Source: Candidatus Villigracilis affinis
GTDB taxonomy: Bacteria > Chloroflexota > Anaerolineae > Anaerolineales > Villigracilaceae
DNA length: 64,000 bases
NCBI GenBank assembly: GCA_016718275.1
Contig: JADKEA010000003.1
Location: 15,651 to 79,650 of the forward strand
Direction: 5' to 3'
Shown one piece after another: positions 10,988 to 20,241 of this stretch. Below the pieces are notes generated by a model, which made no database searches, was not told the origin of the DNA, and saw only the letters and a program-made list of their open reading frames with translations. Within the stretch, counting starts at the first letter, position 1; every line of letters starts with the position of its first letter. Both the position numbers and the translations under genes were made by a program.

Positions 10988-11028
10988 GAGAAGAGGCGGT
11001 CGCATCATGTGACCGCCTCTTCTCTTTT
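10988..11028 (+). terminator. Rho-independent terminator between convergent genes.
   Basis: 14-bp stem gagaagaggcggtc / gaccgcctcttctc followed by tttt. A second small hairpin, gcggac-ttcg-gtccgc, lies at 11035-11050. Confidence 0.7.
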
Positions 11029-11053
11029 CGGAGTGCGGACTTCGGTCCGCGTT

Positions 11054-11431
11054 TTAGTTTTGTAGTTGAATGCTGATCGCGGTGTATTTTGAGCCGCCAC
11101 GCATTCTACCGATAAACCCAAAGATGGCAAACATGGCGCCATACTTTTTCTTCATCAATGTTGTCGCATGCTTGACCGCTTCGGACGATTCGTCTGTTTG
11201 GGCGTATGCTTGTGACCATTCACCGATGGGTTCACCTGAGCCTGTGCATGGCGCGATACGAATCTTGCCGTCCCTGCGAATCCGCCTGGCTTTGCCAGAT
11301 CCAGCCTGGGTCCAGACAAGAAGCGTTTCTCCATCCTGCACAAACCAGACCGGGGTTTTGACGGCTTGTCCGTTTTTGCGGAAGGATTCGATGCTGAGAT
11401 ATTGTTGTTTTTCGAATTGCTTGAGTTTCAT
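11054..11431 (-). CDS. PPOX-class (pyridoxamine 5'-phosphate oxidase family) probable F420/FMN-dependent enzyme.
   Basis: 125 aa. The sequence QYLSIESFRKNGQAVKTPVWFVQDGETLLVWT...KARRIRRDGKIRIAPC is typical of the small PPOX-class family. Its start overlaps the upstream stop by 4 nt. Confidence 0.75.
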   Translation of the reverse strand: MKLKQFEKQQYLSIESFRKNGQAVKTPVWFVQDGETLLVWTQAGSGKARRIRRDGKIRIAPCTGSGEPIGEWSQAYAQTDESSEAVKHATTLMKKKYGAMFAIFGFIGRMRGGSKYTAISIQLQN

Positions 11432-12219
11432 GGGAGACCTTTGTAGTTGTTGAATTTCCAGTCACTGAACCGCTGCCTGCCGATGTTGGAAAGCAGAAGG
11501 GTCATGCCGAATGTGATGAGGATGTTGGTGATGAAAAAGAAAACCACCTCTTCGAGCGGAAGGATGCCGAAGAATAAAATGCCCGTGGTCTGTGCTTTTG
11601 AAATGGACCAGGTTGTATCTTTGAGCGCGATAATGTCCATCAGCGAGAGATAGGTGCCAGGAATGAGGATGCTCAAGAATACCAGTTTGCGGTGATGCCA
11701 GAGGATGTCGGCACCGTAGAGTAGTTGCGGCAGGATGGCGGGAAGCGCCCAGAAAAGTGTGATGGAGAGATAGGTGATGGGCTCGTTTGCACTGAAGAAG
11801 AGTGCTGTGAAGGTGACCCAAACAACGAACAGGATCAGCGCTGAGATGATTCGGATCGGTGTTGAAGATTGGAAGCCAGTCGGATCCGAAATCCTTCGCG
11901 CGAGGAACCACCACCACAGTCCGGAGAGAATCGTTTCAAGCACGAAGAAAGTATATTCTTCGATGGGGACATAACCGAAAACGATGCCTGTGACGAGGTC
12001 TGGGTTGTAAAACCATACACCCGTGGCGACGAGATAGTTATCCCACGGCGTGGTGTAGCTGACTGCCAGCAGAATGTGGACGAGGATTGCAACCCAAACC
12101 GCGCGGCCATTGTTGAAACCGAGGGCGGGTCGTTTGTTTTTATTGTCCCACCAGGTGATTGCAAGGAAGACGAAGATGGGGATGACGAGAAAACGTAGGA
12201 GGAAGCCGAAGTAAGTCAT
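11428..12219 (-). CDS. Lycopene cyclase domain protein (fused CrtYc/CrtYd-type heterodimeric cyclase).
   Basis: 263-aa polytopic membrane protein with two internally repeated halves. PIEEY..F and LPLEEVVFF motifs are characteristic of the lycopene cyclase domain. Confidence 0.75.
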   Translation of the reverse strand: MTYFGFLLRFLVIPIFVFLAITWWDNKNKRPALGFNNGRAVWVAILVHILLAVSYTTPWDNYLVATGVWFYNPDLVTGIVFGYVPIEEYTFFVLETILSGLWWWFLARRISDPTGFQSSTPIRIISALILFVVWVTFTALFFSANEPITYLSITLFWALPAILPQLLYGADILWHHRKLVFLSILIPGTYLSLMDIIALKDTTWSISKAQTTGILFFGILPLEEVVFFFITNILITFGMTLLLSNIGRQRFSDWKFNNYKGLP

Positions 12220-12229
12220 GGTGGAAGGA

Positions 12230-13489
12230 TTAGAAATTAGGGGGTATGCGTAGCACTTTCATCATCACGCCTGGACGCGGTTCGAGGGTCGCACCCATAT
12301 GCGCGTGGATTTTGTCTGCGTTCATTGGCTCAAATGAAAAGGTTTGTAACAGTCTGGCCATCACGATCCGCGCTTCGGCTTGACCAAAGGCCGCGCCGAT
12401 GCATGCACGCGGACCGCCGCCAAAGGGGATGTAACTCATCGGCGGGGTCTTTCGTCCGTGGGCGAAACGTTCGGGGCAGAAATCGTCGGCGTTCTCCCAA
12501 ACAGATGGGTCGCGGTGGGTGAGGTAGATGGAATAAAACATCCTTTCGCCAGCAGGGACTGTGCCTTCTGCAAATTCCATGTTCTCTGCCACGCGGCGAT
12601 TGCCAATATGAATGGGCGGATACAGCCGCAAACTTTCCTTGATGACGTGGTCAAGCAGTGGTGACCTGTCTTTTGAGTTCACTTCTGAAACGACATGCGC
12701 ATGTGTTTCAGGGTGCTGACCTAGCAGGGCAAAGATCCATGCCAACAGGGCAGTGGATGTGTCGTGCCCGGCGATCATCATCGTCAACATTTGGTCACGG
12801 ATTACCTTGTCCGTTAAGCCCGCGTCAATTAAATGCTGTAACAGGTCTTGGTGTGTTTCTTTCGTCTTTCTTCTTTCATCAATGATCTCAAACAAATAGT
12901 CATCCAACTCGCGCAACGGCTTGCGGAACCCGAAACGCGGAATGTTTCGCCAGATGATCCACGCGCCCGGAGAGATGAAATCGATCGCTTTGAGGATCGG
13001 ATTCCAGATGCGCGGCAAGTCTTTCCAGACATCTTTACTGAACAAGGTTTGCATGATGATGAGCAGGGCGATCTTGCGACTTTCGACGAGCATATCCACT
13101 GTATCGCCGTTTTTCCATTGTGAAGTGACCCGGTCGGTCTGTCCGATCATCATTTGCGTATAGCCAGAGAGGTTCGACGGGTGCAACGGCGGTTCCATGA
13201 GTTCACGATAGCGGTCATGTTCCTCGCCATCGGTGATGAGTACACCGCGCCCCAGCAGATCGGTCACGGGGTCGGTATTGCGCCAAAGGAGTTTGTCCCG
13301 TTCGGTCACAAGCACTTTGCGGGCCGCCTCCGGACCGAAGACAACATAGGGACGAAAGCCTGGAAGCGGAATTTGAAAGAAGCGCCCGACATGTTGGGCC
13401 ATCACTTTTAATGGGCCAAGAGGCGATCTTGTTTCGAAGAGCGCGCGCATTGCGGCGCGCCCGAGTTCAGGTGTGATTTTTGAATTCAT
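12230..13489 (-). CDS. Cytochrome P450; given its operon context, a candidate carotenoid-modifying enzyme.
   Basis: Heme-thiolate loop FGGGPRACIGAAF, I-helix MIAGHDTS and K-helix ESLRL. Confidence 0.9.
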   Translation of the reverse strand: MNSKITPELGRAAMRALFETRSPLGPLKVMAQHVGRFFQIPLPGFRPYVVFGPEAARKVLVTERDKLLWRNTDPVTDLLGRGVLITDGEEHDRYRELMEPPLHPSNLSGYTQMMIGQTDRVTSQWKNGDTVDMLVESRKIALLIIMQTLFSKDVWKDLPRIWNPILKAIDFISPGAWIIWRNIPRFGFRKPLRELDDYLFEIIDERRKTKETHQDLLQHLIDAGLTDKVIRDQMLTMMIAGHDTSTALLAWIFALLGQHPETHAHVVSEVNSKDRSPLLDHVIKESLRLYPPIHIGNRRVAENMEFAEGTVPAGERMFYSIYLTHRDPSVWENADDFCPERFAHGRKTPPMSYIPFGGGPRACIGAAFGQAEARIVMARLLQTFSFEPMNADKIHAHMGATLEPRPGVMMKVLRIPPNF

Positions 13490-14022
13490 GGTTGAAGGTT
13501 TGAAATATCCTTGGTCATGTAAAGAACGAGATCGTCATCCACGATAACGTTTTCACCGTATTTGAGATGATGGCCTTTTTTGTAAAGTCCACGCCCATCA
13601 GGGATGTAGCCGCGGCGGGCATACATGCGTTGGGCTGATCCATAATCAGTGGTCAGTCCCACGCCGATCCCCGCGATCGGGCTGACTTTGGCAACTTCGG
13701 CTTCCGCCAGATCCATTAACTGCGTGCCGATTCCACGCCTGCGGAATTTCGGCAAAACATTGAAGTCGCTGATCTCGGGAATGTTCTTTTCAACGAAAGG
13801 CGCATAATCTGGAAAGCCCACCCAGATGGTGAGATAACCCGCGAATTCCCCGCCGACGAAAGCGACAATGACAATGCGGTCACCGAGAAATTGCTCAACT
13901 AAATAACCTTCGTATTGATGGGCGGGTTTATTCCAGCCAAGTTCTTGAAAAGCCTGCACGATTTCTGGGATATCGTTTTCTCCCATTTGTCGAAATGTAA
14001 CTTCAAGTTTTTCCATTTGCAT
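13486..14022 (-). CDS. GNAT family N-acetyltransferase.
   Basis: Acetyl-CoA motif [14 protein letters not shown]. An internal ATG at 14022 or 14016 is preferred, because the longer ORF overlaps the photolyase 3' end. Confidence 0.8.
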   Translation of the reverse strand: MQMEKLEVTFRQMGENDIPEIVQAFQELGWNKPAHQYEGYLVEQFLGDRIVIVAFVGGEFAGYLTIWVGFPDYAPFVEKNIPEISDFNVLPKFRRRGIGTQLMDLAEAEVAKVSPIAGIGVGLTTDYGSAQRMYARRGYIPDGRGLYKKGHHLKYGENVIVDDDLVLYMTKDISNLQP

Positions 14023-15355
14023 TCCATCGTTCTTTCGACTCGCCGTATGCCGTAAGGGTTCGATTCTTATCGCGTGTGATGATCGGCCTCTCAGGATAAC
14101 CACTTACTTTGATTTCTTTTTCCCACGGCGCGTGAATTTCCTTTGCGTTCAATCCGCGCAGTTCATGGACCCATTTGCGAATGTAATCGCCGTGCGGGTC
14201 GAATTTCGCGCTTTGCAGAACGGGGTTGAAGATTCTGAAATAAGGCGCGGCGTCGGTGCCAGTGCCTGCCGTCCATTGCCAGCCGCCGTTGTTCGCGGCG
14301 GGGTCGCCATCGAGCAGATTTTCCATGAACCATGCTTCGCCCCAGCGCCAGTCGATCAACAGATCCTTCACTAAGAACGAAGCTACGATCATGCGAGCGC
14401 GGTTGTGCATCCAGCCCGTTTCTTTCAACTGACGCATTGCTGCATCCACAATGGGCACACCCGTTTTGCCTTCTTTCCATTTTTCGAATTCATCAGAGTC
14501 ATTTCGCCACGGGATACTTGCCAACGCTGCATTAAATGCCCGATGACTGACATATGGAAAATGATACAAGATCTGGATATAGAACTCACGCCAGATCAAT
14601 TCGTTCAACCAGATTTCAGCGCCTCGGGACTCCGCCGAAGCCTGTCTTGCCGTGCTGACAGCTTGTCTCAGCCCGAGCATTCCAAACCGCAGGTACGGCG
14701 AAAGCGATGACGTGCCATCCAGATCCATGCGGTTGCGGGTCTCGTCGTAGGAATGGATTCGTTTGTAGGCAAAGTCTTCAAGCCGCACGAGCGCTTCCTG
14801 CTCGCCTGCAGGGAAAAGCGGATTCACACTGAAAGCGGGAATTAATTCTGATGAGATCCCAACAGGTGTGGAGATCGATTTTGGCGCGGGAACAACCTCA
14901 ATTTTATTTAATTGCGCCTTCCATGTTTTGGAATAAGGCGTGTAAATCGTGTACGGTTTGCCATCCTGCTTGAGCACATCGTTTGGATGATGGACAGTTT
15001 GTCCATGAAGCAATTTCAGAGGCAGTTCGTTTCCGATGCGTGAGTCGCGTTTGCGGGCGTAGGGTGTGAAATCCTCTTCGGCGAAGATCGCTTCTGCTTT
15101 TGTTTGCTGGAGCAGTTGCCGCAGTATTTCAACGGGTTTACCTGTGCGGAGGACAAGATAAGAGCCGCGCTGTTTCAAATCCTGGTCGAGGGCGTGCAGG
15201 CCTTCGTAGAGGAAACTTCGTCGGCGCGGAGATTGAGAGGAAAATGCCGGGTCGAGGATAAAGACTGGGATGACGTCACCAGCCCTCAGCGCGGAGTGAA
15301 GCGCAATATTATCCGTCAGCCTTAAGTCGCGGCGAATCCACCAGATCGAAGTCAT
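14003..15355 (-). CDS. phr: Deoxyribodipyrimidine (CPD) photolyase.
   Basis: The N-terminus [16 protein letters not shown] and the FAD-binding C-terminal region ([26 protein letters not shown]) are present. Confidence 0.9.
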   Translation of the reverse strand: MTSIWWIRRDLRLTDNIALHSALRAGDVIPVFILDPAFSSQSPRRRSFLYEGLHALDQDLKQRGSYLVLRTGKPVEILRQLLQQTKAEAIFAEEDFTPYARKRDSRIGNELPLKLLHGQTVHHPNDVLKQDGKPYTIYTPYSKTWKAQLNKIEVVPAPKSISTPVGISSELIPAFSVNPLFPAGEQEALVRLEDFAYKRIHSYDETRNRMDLDGTSSLSPYLRFGMLGLRQAVSTARQASAESRGAEIWLNELIWREFYIQILYHFPYVSHRAFNAALASIPWRNDSDEFEKWKEGKTGVPIVDAAMRQLKETGWMHNRARMIVASFLVKDLLIDWRWGEAWFMENLLDGDPAANNGGWQWTAGTGTDAAPYFRIFNPVLQSAKFDPHGDYIRKWVHELRGLNAKEIHAPWEKEIKVSGYPERPIITRDKNRTLTAYGESKERWNANGKT

Positions 15356-15972
15356 GCGAATTGACGCTCCATATTTTTTCCGTTGATCTTGAGTCTGATG
15401 CTGTTGTTACGGTCGATATCAAGTTTGCCTGTGTTGCCCGTGTTGTCACTGAAATTGAGGAAGCCGTACGCGCGGATGCGGGTGCGGCCAATGAGCGAGA
15501 GCGCAAGTTCGCTGGTGAGAACCCCTGTGAGTTCGGCGGTGTACGCACCCGATGTGAAATTGAATTTGGATGGGGCGGGCATGCCGAGTCCGCGCAGGCC
15601 GACCGTGGTGCCAGTGATCTCTTCGCTGCCTGAGAAAATATCGCCATTGGGCATGGTGGCTGTATAAGTGATAAGGTAATGCGGCGAAGTGGATATCAGT
15701 TTTGCGGTGACATTCGCGCCTGTGAGCGGGTCTGGCTCGGATATCTCCGCGCCTGTGGAGTTGAATTGCGGCTGGTAATAGGCGCGTCCAAAAGAGGTCG
15801 ATGAGGTGACGGCATACATGGCAATGTTAGCCAGCGCCTGTTCGGTTTTCCCCGCCGCAATAAGCTCGGGGATGGACATCAACCAACGGGTCTTGTGCAT
15901 GCGGCGTACCACGTAGCCGAGCAGGGTGATGCCTGCAGGGGGTAACTCGTAGCGGGTGATGTTTTCGGGCAT
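15352..15972 (-). CDS. Hypothetical protein, first gene of the photolyase operon.
   Basis: 206-aa ORF from ATG 15972, preceded by caGGAGttgacc. The track ORF instead starts at TTG 16011. It overlaps the phr start by 4 nt. I recognise no family. Confidence 0.65.
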   Translation of the reverse strand: MPENITRYELPPAGITLLGYVVRRMHKTRWLMSIPELIAAGKTEQALANIAMYAVTSSTSFGRAYYQPQFNSTGAEISEPDPLTGANVTAKLISTSPHYLITYTATMPNGDIFSGSEEITGTTVGLRGLGMPAPSKFNFTSGAYTAELTGVLTSELALSLIGRTRIRAYGFLNFSDNTGNTGKLDIDRNNSIRLKINGKNMERQFA

Positions 15973-16061
15973 GGTCAACTCCTGAACCATTATTAACCAC
16001 AAAGGTTTCAAGCTTTGAATTATTTTGTATCTTTTGCCTGTGACACTTTGTGGTTGATTTA

Positions 16062-17282
16062 TTAATCCGATGCGGGAACGGGCGCGGCTTTGCTTTGCTT
16101 CAACGTGGCGACGATGGGGTGGTTATAGATCATGATGAAGACATAAATGCTGACGCCGACCATGACAACCGCACCAAATGCACCAGGCGCCCATGTGCCG
16201 ATCTGTTGCAGTAGAACGCCGCCCAAAAGCGGGGCAATGATGCGTGTGGAGCTTTCCACTGCGGCAGACAACCCAAGGATGCCGCCGACTTCCTGCGGAG
16301 CAACGGCTTTGGTGAGTGTGCTGGAAAGCAAGGTGTTGAGCAGGCCGCCTGATAAGGCGGTGGGAGTCATGATGATATACAGCCACAGCACCGATGGAGC
16401 CAGCGCCCAACCCAGCAGGGAAATTCCCATCAAGACGACGGAGGCTGTGATGAGTACATCTTCACGGAAGCGGCTGGTGAGACGGCCAACGAGGAATCCC
16501 TGCACGATGACTGAGAGCACGCCGACATAGGTTAGGACAAAGCCCGTGTCGCGCGCAGTGAGGTTGAATTTAGCCAACGCATACAAAGAGAATATCGTTT
16601 GGAAGATCGCAAAGGCGAGGCCAAAGAAGAAGCGGGTGATGAGCAGGGAACCAGTGAACGGGCGCTGGAACGCAACCAGCAAAGCGTTCAAAGTAACGGC
16701 GGGCCGTTTTTCGTTCATTTGGCTGCGTTTTTCTTCGGTGAGTGATTCAGGCAGCCAGGCATAAATGAGAATGAGATTGATGAATGAGATTGCCGCTGCG
16801 GCAAAGGCGGGCACAGCGTAACCCCATTGGCTGAGCAATCCGCCGGTGACGGGGCCGATGATGAAGCCGAGGCCGAAGGCTGCGCCGATCATACCCAAAC
16901 CTTTTGAGCGGCTCTTCTCGTCGGTCACATCGGATATGTAGGCCTGAGCCACGCTCAAATTTCCGCCTGTTAAGCCATCCAAAATACGGCTGGCGAAGAG
17001 CATCCACAAGGCATTGGCGAAGCCGAGCAGCAAAAAACCAAGGAAGGTCCCGAAGACGCTGAGCAGCAAAACGGGGCGGCGACCGAAACGGTCAGAGAGG
17101 CGGCCGAGAATCGGTGCGCCGATCAATTGCATTACCGCGTACGAAGCGATCAAAATCCCCGTGGTGGTTTCATTGGCTTTGAAAGTCTCTGCGTAATAAG
17201 GCAGAAGCGGCAAGATCAGACTGAATCCGAGCAGGTCGATAAATACGACGAGGATGATCGAGAAGAGACGTTTGTTATTCAT
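16062..17282 (-). CDS. MFS transporter (Tet/TCR-like drug:H+ antiporter family).
   Basis: 406 aa with about 12 TM segments and the MFS motif GRLSDRFGRRPVLL. Confidence 0.85.
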   Translation of the reverse strand: MNNKRLFSIILVVFIDLLGFSLILPLLPYYAETFKANETTTGILIASYAVMQLIGAPILGRLSDRFGRRPVLLLSVFGTFLGFLLLGFANALWMLFASRILDGLTGGNLSVAQAYISDVTDEKSRSKGLGMIGAAFGLGFIIGPVTGGLLSQWGYAVPAFAAAAISFINLILIYAWLPESLTEEKRSQMNEKRPAVTLNALLVAFQRPFTGSLLITRFFFGLAFAIFQTIFSLYALAKFNLTARDTGFVLTYVGVLSVIVQGFLVGRLTSRFREDVLITASVVLMGISLLGWALAPSVLWLYIIMTPTALSGGLLNTLLSSTLTKAVAPQEVGGILGLSAAVESSTRIIAPLLGGVLLQQIGTWAPGAFGAVVMVGVSIYVFIMIYNHPIVATLKQSKAAPVPASD

Positions 17283-17291
17283 AATTTCCTT

Positions 17292-17774
17292 TTACGTTGC
17301 AAGCAATTCTTTATTCATGTTCTCCAGCAATTCGAGGATTTCCTCGTTTGCTGGAATATCGCGCGCGTCATGCCCATAATGGACGAAGCGCGCGATCCCA
17401 TTTTTATCAATAGTTACCTGGGCGGGCATGCGTCCAAACTTGAAGAGATTGACCTCCTGCCCGTAGCGTTTCAAGACCGTATGGCCGGGGTCAGGCAGTC
17501 CGATGAAAGGCAGGGAATTGCTGCTCCAATACAACGAAAATGCGAGGCCGTTTTCGGGGCCGACCACCACGATCACGGTATCTTGTGCTGTGAATTTGTC
17601 ATAATCCTGGCGCAACTGCGCCATGTGCCGTCGGCAGTAGGGTCAGAAAAAGCCGCGATTGAAAACCAGAAGGACATTCTTCTTTGTTTGGAAATCTGTG
17701 AGGTTAATTTCGTTTCCGTTGAAATCGGTCAGCGTGAAATTTGGTGCGGGCTTATTGAGTTCGGCGCGGCTCAT
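17292..17774 (-). CDS. AhpC/TSA-family peroxiredoxin-like protein with in-frame TGA (codon 44, 17645..17643); candidate selenoprotein with a U-P-Y-C redox motif.
   Basis: ATG 17774 overlaps the upstream stop (ATGA). The translation is MSRAELNKPAPNFTLTDFNGNEINLTDFQTKKNVLLVFNRGFF-TGA-PYCRRHMAQLRQDY..., continuous and in frame with ORF 17292..17624. The hairpin GGCGC-AGUU-GCGCC lies at 17609-17622, 21 nt after the TGA. Confidence 0.7.
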
Positions 17775-18118
17775 ACAGGGATCACCAGGATGACTCCGAA
17801 AATGATTTCAACCACAAGACTGATGACATTGGATTGAGTAACGGATTTATCCACGAACAAGGAAATGCCGCGCACCACCGCAATGCCGAGGTAGGCAATG
17901 CCGAGCATGGCATATGCCACAGGCGAATTAAGAAATAGGGGCGCGGCGCCAAGGGCGATGAAGAATCCGCCCAGCACAGCGCGGATCTCGGTAATGCCGC
18001 GTCCACCTTCGGGACGGAGGCCCGTAAACCCCGTAACTGACTCTGGCTTGAAGAGTGAAACCAACCCAGTGAGGATGGTGGCGATTGCTGCGATGATTTG
18101 CAAAATTTGAACGATCAT
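17771..18118 (-). CDS. Small membrane protein (DUF4345-like).
   Basis: 115 aa from ATG 18118 with four predicted TM helices. The upstream part of the 203-aa track ORF overlaps the neighbouring gene. Confidence 0.7.
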   Translation of the reverse strand: MIVQILQIIAAIATILTGLVSLFKPESVTGFTGLRPEGGRGITEIRAVLGGFFIALGAAPLFLNSPVAYAMLGIAYLGIAVVRGISLFVDKSVTQSNVISLVVEIIFGVILVIPV

Positions 18119-18177
18119 TGTTTTCCTGAATTTAATAGACTTGATATTTATGAAGCCGTGATCGCTGTAGATGAAAA

Positions 18178-19044
18178 TTACAAGCGGGGAATTAATACGG
18201 GCGTGTTCTTTTTGTAGGTTTCGTAATCTTCCTGCCCGCCCCATTTTTGGTCGGCCTTTTTCTCGAGCAGGGGAACGCCGCTGACGCGTGTCAGGAGCAG
18301 GGTGACGAACAGAGGAGAGATCAGCGCAAACCATTGCCAGCCTTGCAGAACAGGCAGGGCGATCACTGCAATGCCCAGCCAAAGGACGATCTCACCAAAA
18401 TAATTTGGGTGACGCGATCGAGCCCACAAGCCTGTCTGAATGAATTTGCCTTTATTTGCAGGATCCGCGTTGAAGCGGCTTTTTTGAGAATCAGCCACAA
18501 CCTCGAATACAAATCCGAAAACCCAGATCAGAAGGCCGATGATGGCAAATGCATCCAATTCTTTTCTGTTGCTTGTCGTAATGGCGACCAGCGCGGCGGC
18601 CATGGTGAACGTCACCCATAAGCCTTGAATGGTCCAAACGTTTAGGAAGCGGATAAAGGATGGTTTGATTTCATCAAAACGGTCATCCTTGCCTGCTTTT
18701 TTAATTCGGCCGAACAGGAAGCTGCCCAGACGAACCGCCCAGATGATCACAAGCGCCGCGAGAAGGATCGACCTGCCATCAACGCCTGCACTGAAAAGGA
18801 TCGCGATGACAATGACCGAAATGTATGTGAGGCTGCCGGTCAGGTCGAAGAATTTTTCAGTCTGCATCAAATAAGCAGGGATAAAGACCAGCCACTGGAT
18901 GAGAAAGGCCAGCCCAACTGACAAGGCAAATAATGGAACTCCAGCAATCAAAGCTCCGCCCTGACTGCCCGCCAAGGCGACCAGAATGCCGATCAATATC
19001 AAAATGGGAAATGCGATAAGCGCGTTGCGATCTGTTGTCTTCAT
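18178..19044 (-). CDS. DUF1295 / steroid 5-alpha-reductase-like membrane protein.
   Basis: 288 aa from ATG 19044, polytopic, with the C-terminal motif RSRHPNYFGEIVLWLG. Confidence 0.75.
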   Translation of the reverse strand: MKTTDRNALIAFPILILIGILVALAGSQGGALIAGVPLFALSVGLAFLIQWLVFIPAYLMQTEKFFDLTGSLTYISVIVIAILFSAGVDGRSILLAALVIIWAVRLGSFLFGRIKKAGKDDRFDEIKPSFIRFLNVWTIQGLWVTFTMAAALVAITTSNRKELDAFAIIGLLIWVFGFVFEVVADSQKSRFNADPANKGKFIQTGLWARSRHPNYFGEIVLWLGIAVIALPVLQGWQWFALISPLFVTLLLTRVSGVPLLEKKADQKWGGQEDYETYKKNTPVLIPRL

Positions 19045-19219
19045 GAATGGTTTCCTTTTTTGGCTCTCCCGTTTCTGACGGGATTGAACTACAAAGAGAA
19101 TCTTTTTGCCGCGAATTACATGGATTTTCGCGAATTTGATTTTGAAATTCGCGGCTAAGGTCTTCCGCTGTCCCGGTAAAAACGGGAGAGCATCTTTTTT
19201 TAATTTTGGCGGTGCAGGA

Positions 19220-19918
19220 TTAAAACCCGCGTTTCTGACCTTGCCACGGGGCTGGGGTGTCGTTAAGGAATTCTTCCACACTGGGGCCGCGCAACTGGGC
19301 GAGACGCCATGTGCCGTATAAATAACTCAACGCCAATAACAGGATCGTGGCGGGCCAGCCAGTGATGAAGTTGACCATGGTCAATGAATTGACATCTGCA
19401 TTTTGAAAAAATAAAAACTGTAATAGCAGGCGGGCGGCAAAGAAAACTGCCCATGCGAAAGTCACTTCGCTGTATGCAGGCATCACCAGTGCATGCCAGT
19501 ACCAGTCGAGCGGCCAGCGGCGAGCTAGGTAACTGCTCCATGCCATCATGGGGCGGCGAATGACCAGACTTAAGACCGTCAACAGCAGAGTCATGCTTCC
19601 ACTGACGAGCCCGGGCAGAAAGAATCCCTCTGACCTTCCAAGGAACCAGGCGATGCCGATGGCGGCCACCACACTACCCACACCGGCCAGAGCGTAAACC
19701 AATGATTGTCTGCGAATGACTCGAATAACTGCAAAGATGATGGAAACGATCAGCGCGCTCCACATTGCGGCTTGAAAATTGACCAGACCGTTGACCATCA
19801 AAAAGATGATCGGCGGAAGGATCGCATCCAGGAAGGAGTTGCGCCCTGTTAAGACCGTTTGCAACTCTTCGAGGAGCTCACGCCCTTTGCCAGGCTGGGG
19901 AATGATCTTTTCAGGCAT
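19220..19918 (-). CDS. Polytopic membrane protein (DUF3159-like), function unknown.
   Basis: About 232 aa from ATG 19918 with multiple TM helices. The family assignment is tentative. Confidence 0.6.
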   Translation of the reverse strand: MPEKIIPQPGKGRELLEELQTVLTGRNSFLDAILPPIIFLMVNGLVNFQAAMWSALIVSIIFAVIRVIRRQSLVYALAGVGSVVAAIGIAWFLGRSEGFFLPGLVSGSMTLLLTVLSLVIRRPMMAWSSYLARRWPLDWYWHALVMPAYSEVTFAWAVFFAARLLLQFLFFQNADVNSLTMVNFITGWPATILLLALSYLYGTWRLAQLRGPSVEEFLNDTPAPWQGQKRGF

Positions 19919-20237
19919 GCTTCCCGAGCCAGAACTTGCGCCAATCATTGCCGCTGTTTTGCAATGCGATGAAGGCATAGAGACTGCCAGCGAAGAAGCC
20001 GAGGGTCATCATGGCTACCGTCCACAGGATGGCGACAGGCAGGGACTTTTCACGATAGATGATCCATGCCGAGAAGAGGGTGAAGCCAGTGTACAAGTCT
20101 ACGAGGGAGACAATGCCCCACGGCATGGATGCCAATTGGCTGCCTTCGCCGAAAAAATCTCCAATGGTGAATCCGTAGATGAGTACTGCGGTCATGGCAA
20201 GCATGCCAAGAATGGAAATGAGTTTTGCAATTTTCAT
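19911..20237 (-). CDS. Small membrane protein (DUF1475-like).
   Basis: 108 aa from ATG 20237 (MKIAKLISILGMLAMTAVLIYG...) with 3-4 TM helices. Confidence 0.65.
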   Translation of the reverse strand: MKIAKLISILGMLAMTAVLIYGFTIGDFFGEGSQLASMPWGIVSLVDLYTGFTLFSAWIIYREKSLPVAILWTVAMMTLGFFAGSLYAFIALQNSGNDWRKFWLGKHA

Positions 20238-20241
20238 GAAC

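Noticed and set aside
17643-17645. The alternative reading of the peroxiredoxin TGA as a true stop, leaving two small ORFs, or as a substitution error of TGC/TGT.
   Set aside because: This is not fully rejected and is kept as the main caveat. I disfavour it for three reasons: the 43-codon upstream part has its own coupled ATG and is exactly the missing N-terminal beta-strand/redox-loop region; the errors seen elsewhere in this window are indels, not substitutions; and a hairpin follows at SECIS-like spacing.
17127-17837. 236-aa plus-strand ORF spanning the MFS / peroxiredoxin junction.
   Set aside because: It is antisense to two genes with clear family signatures and has no features of its own.
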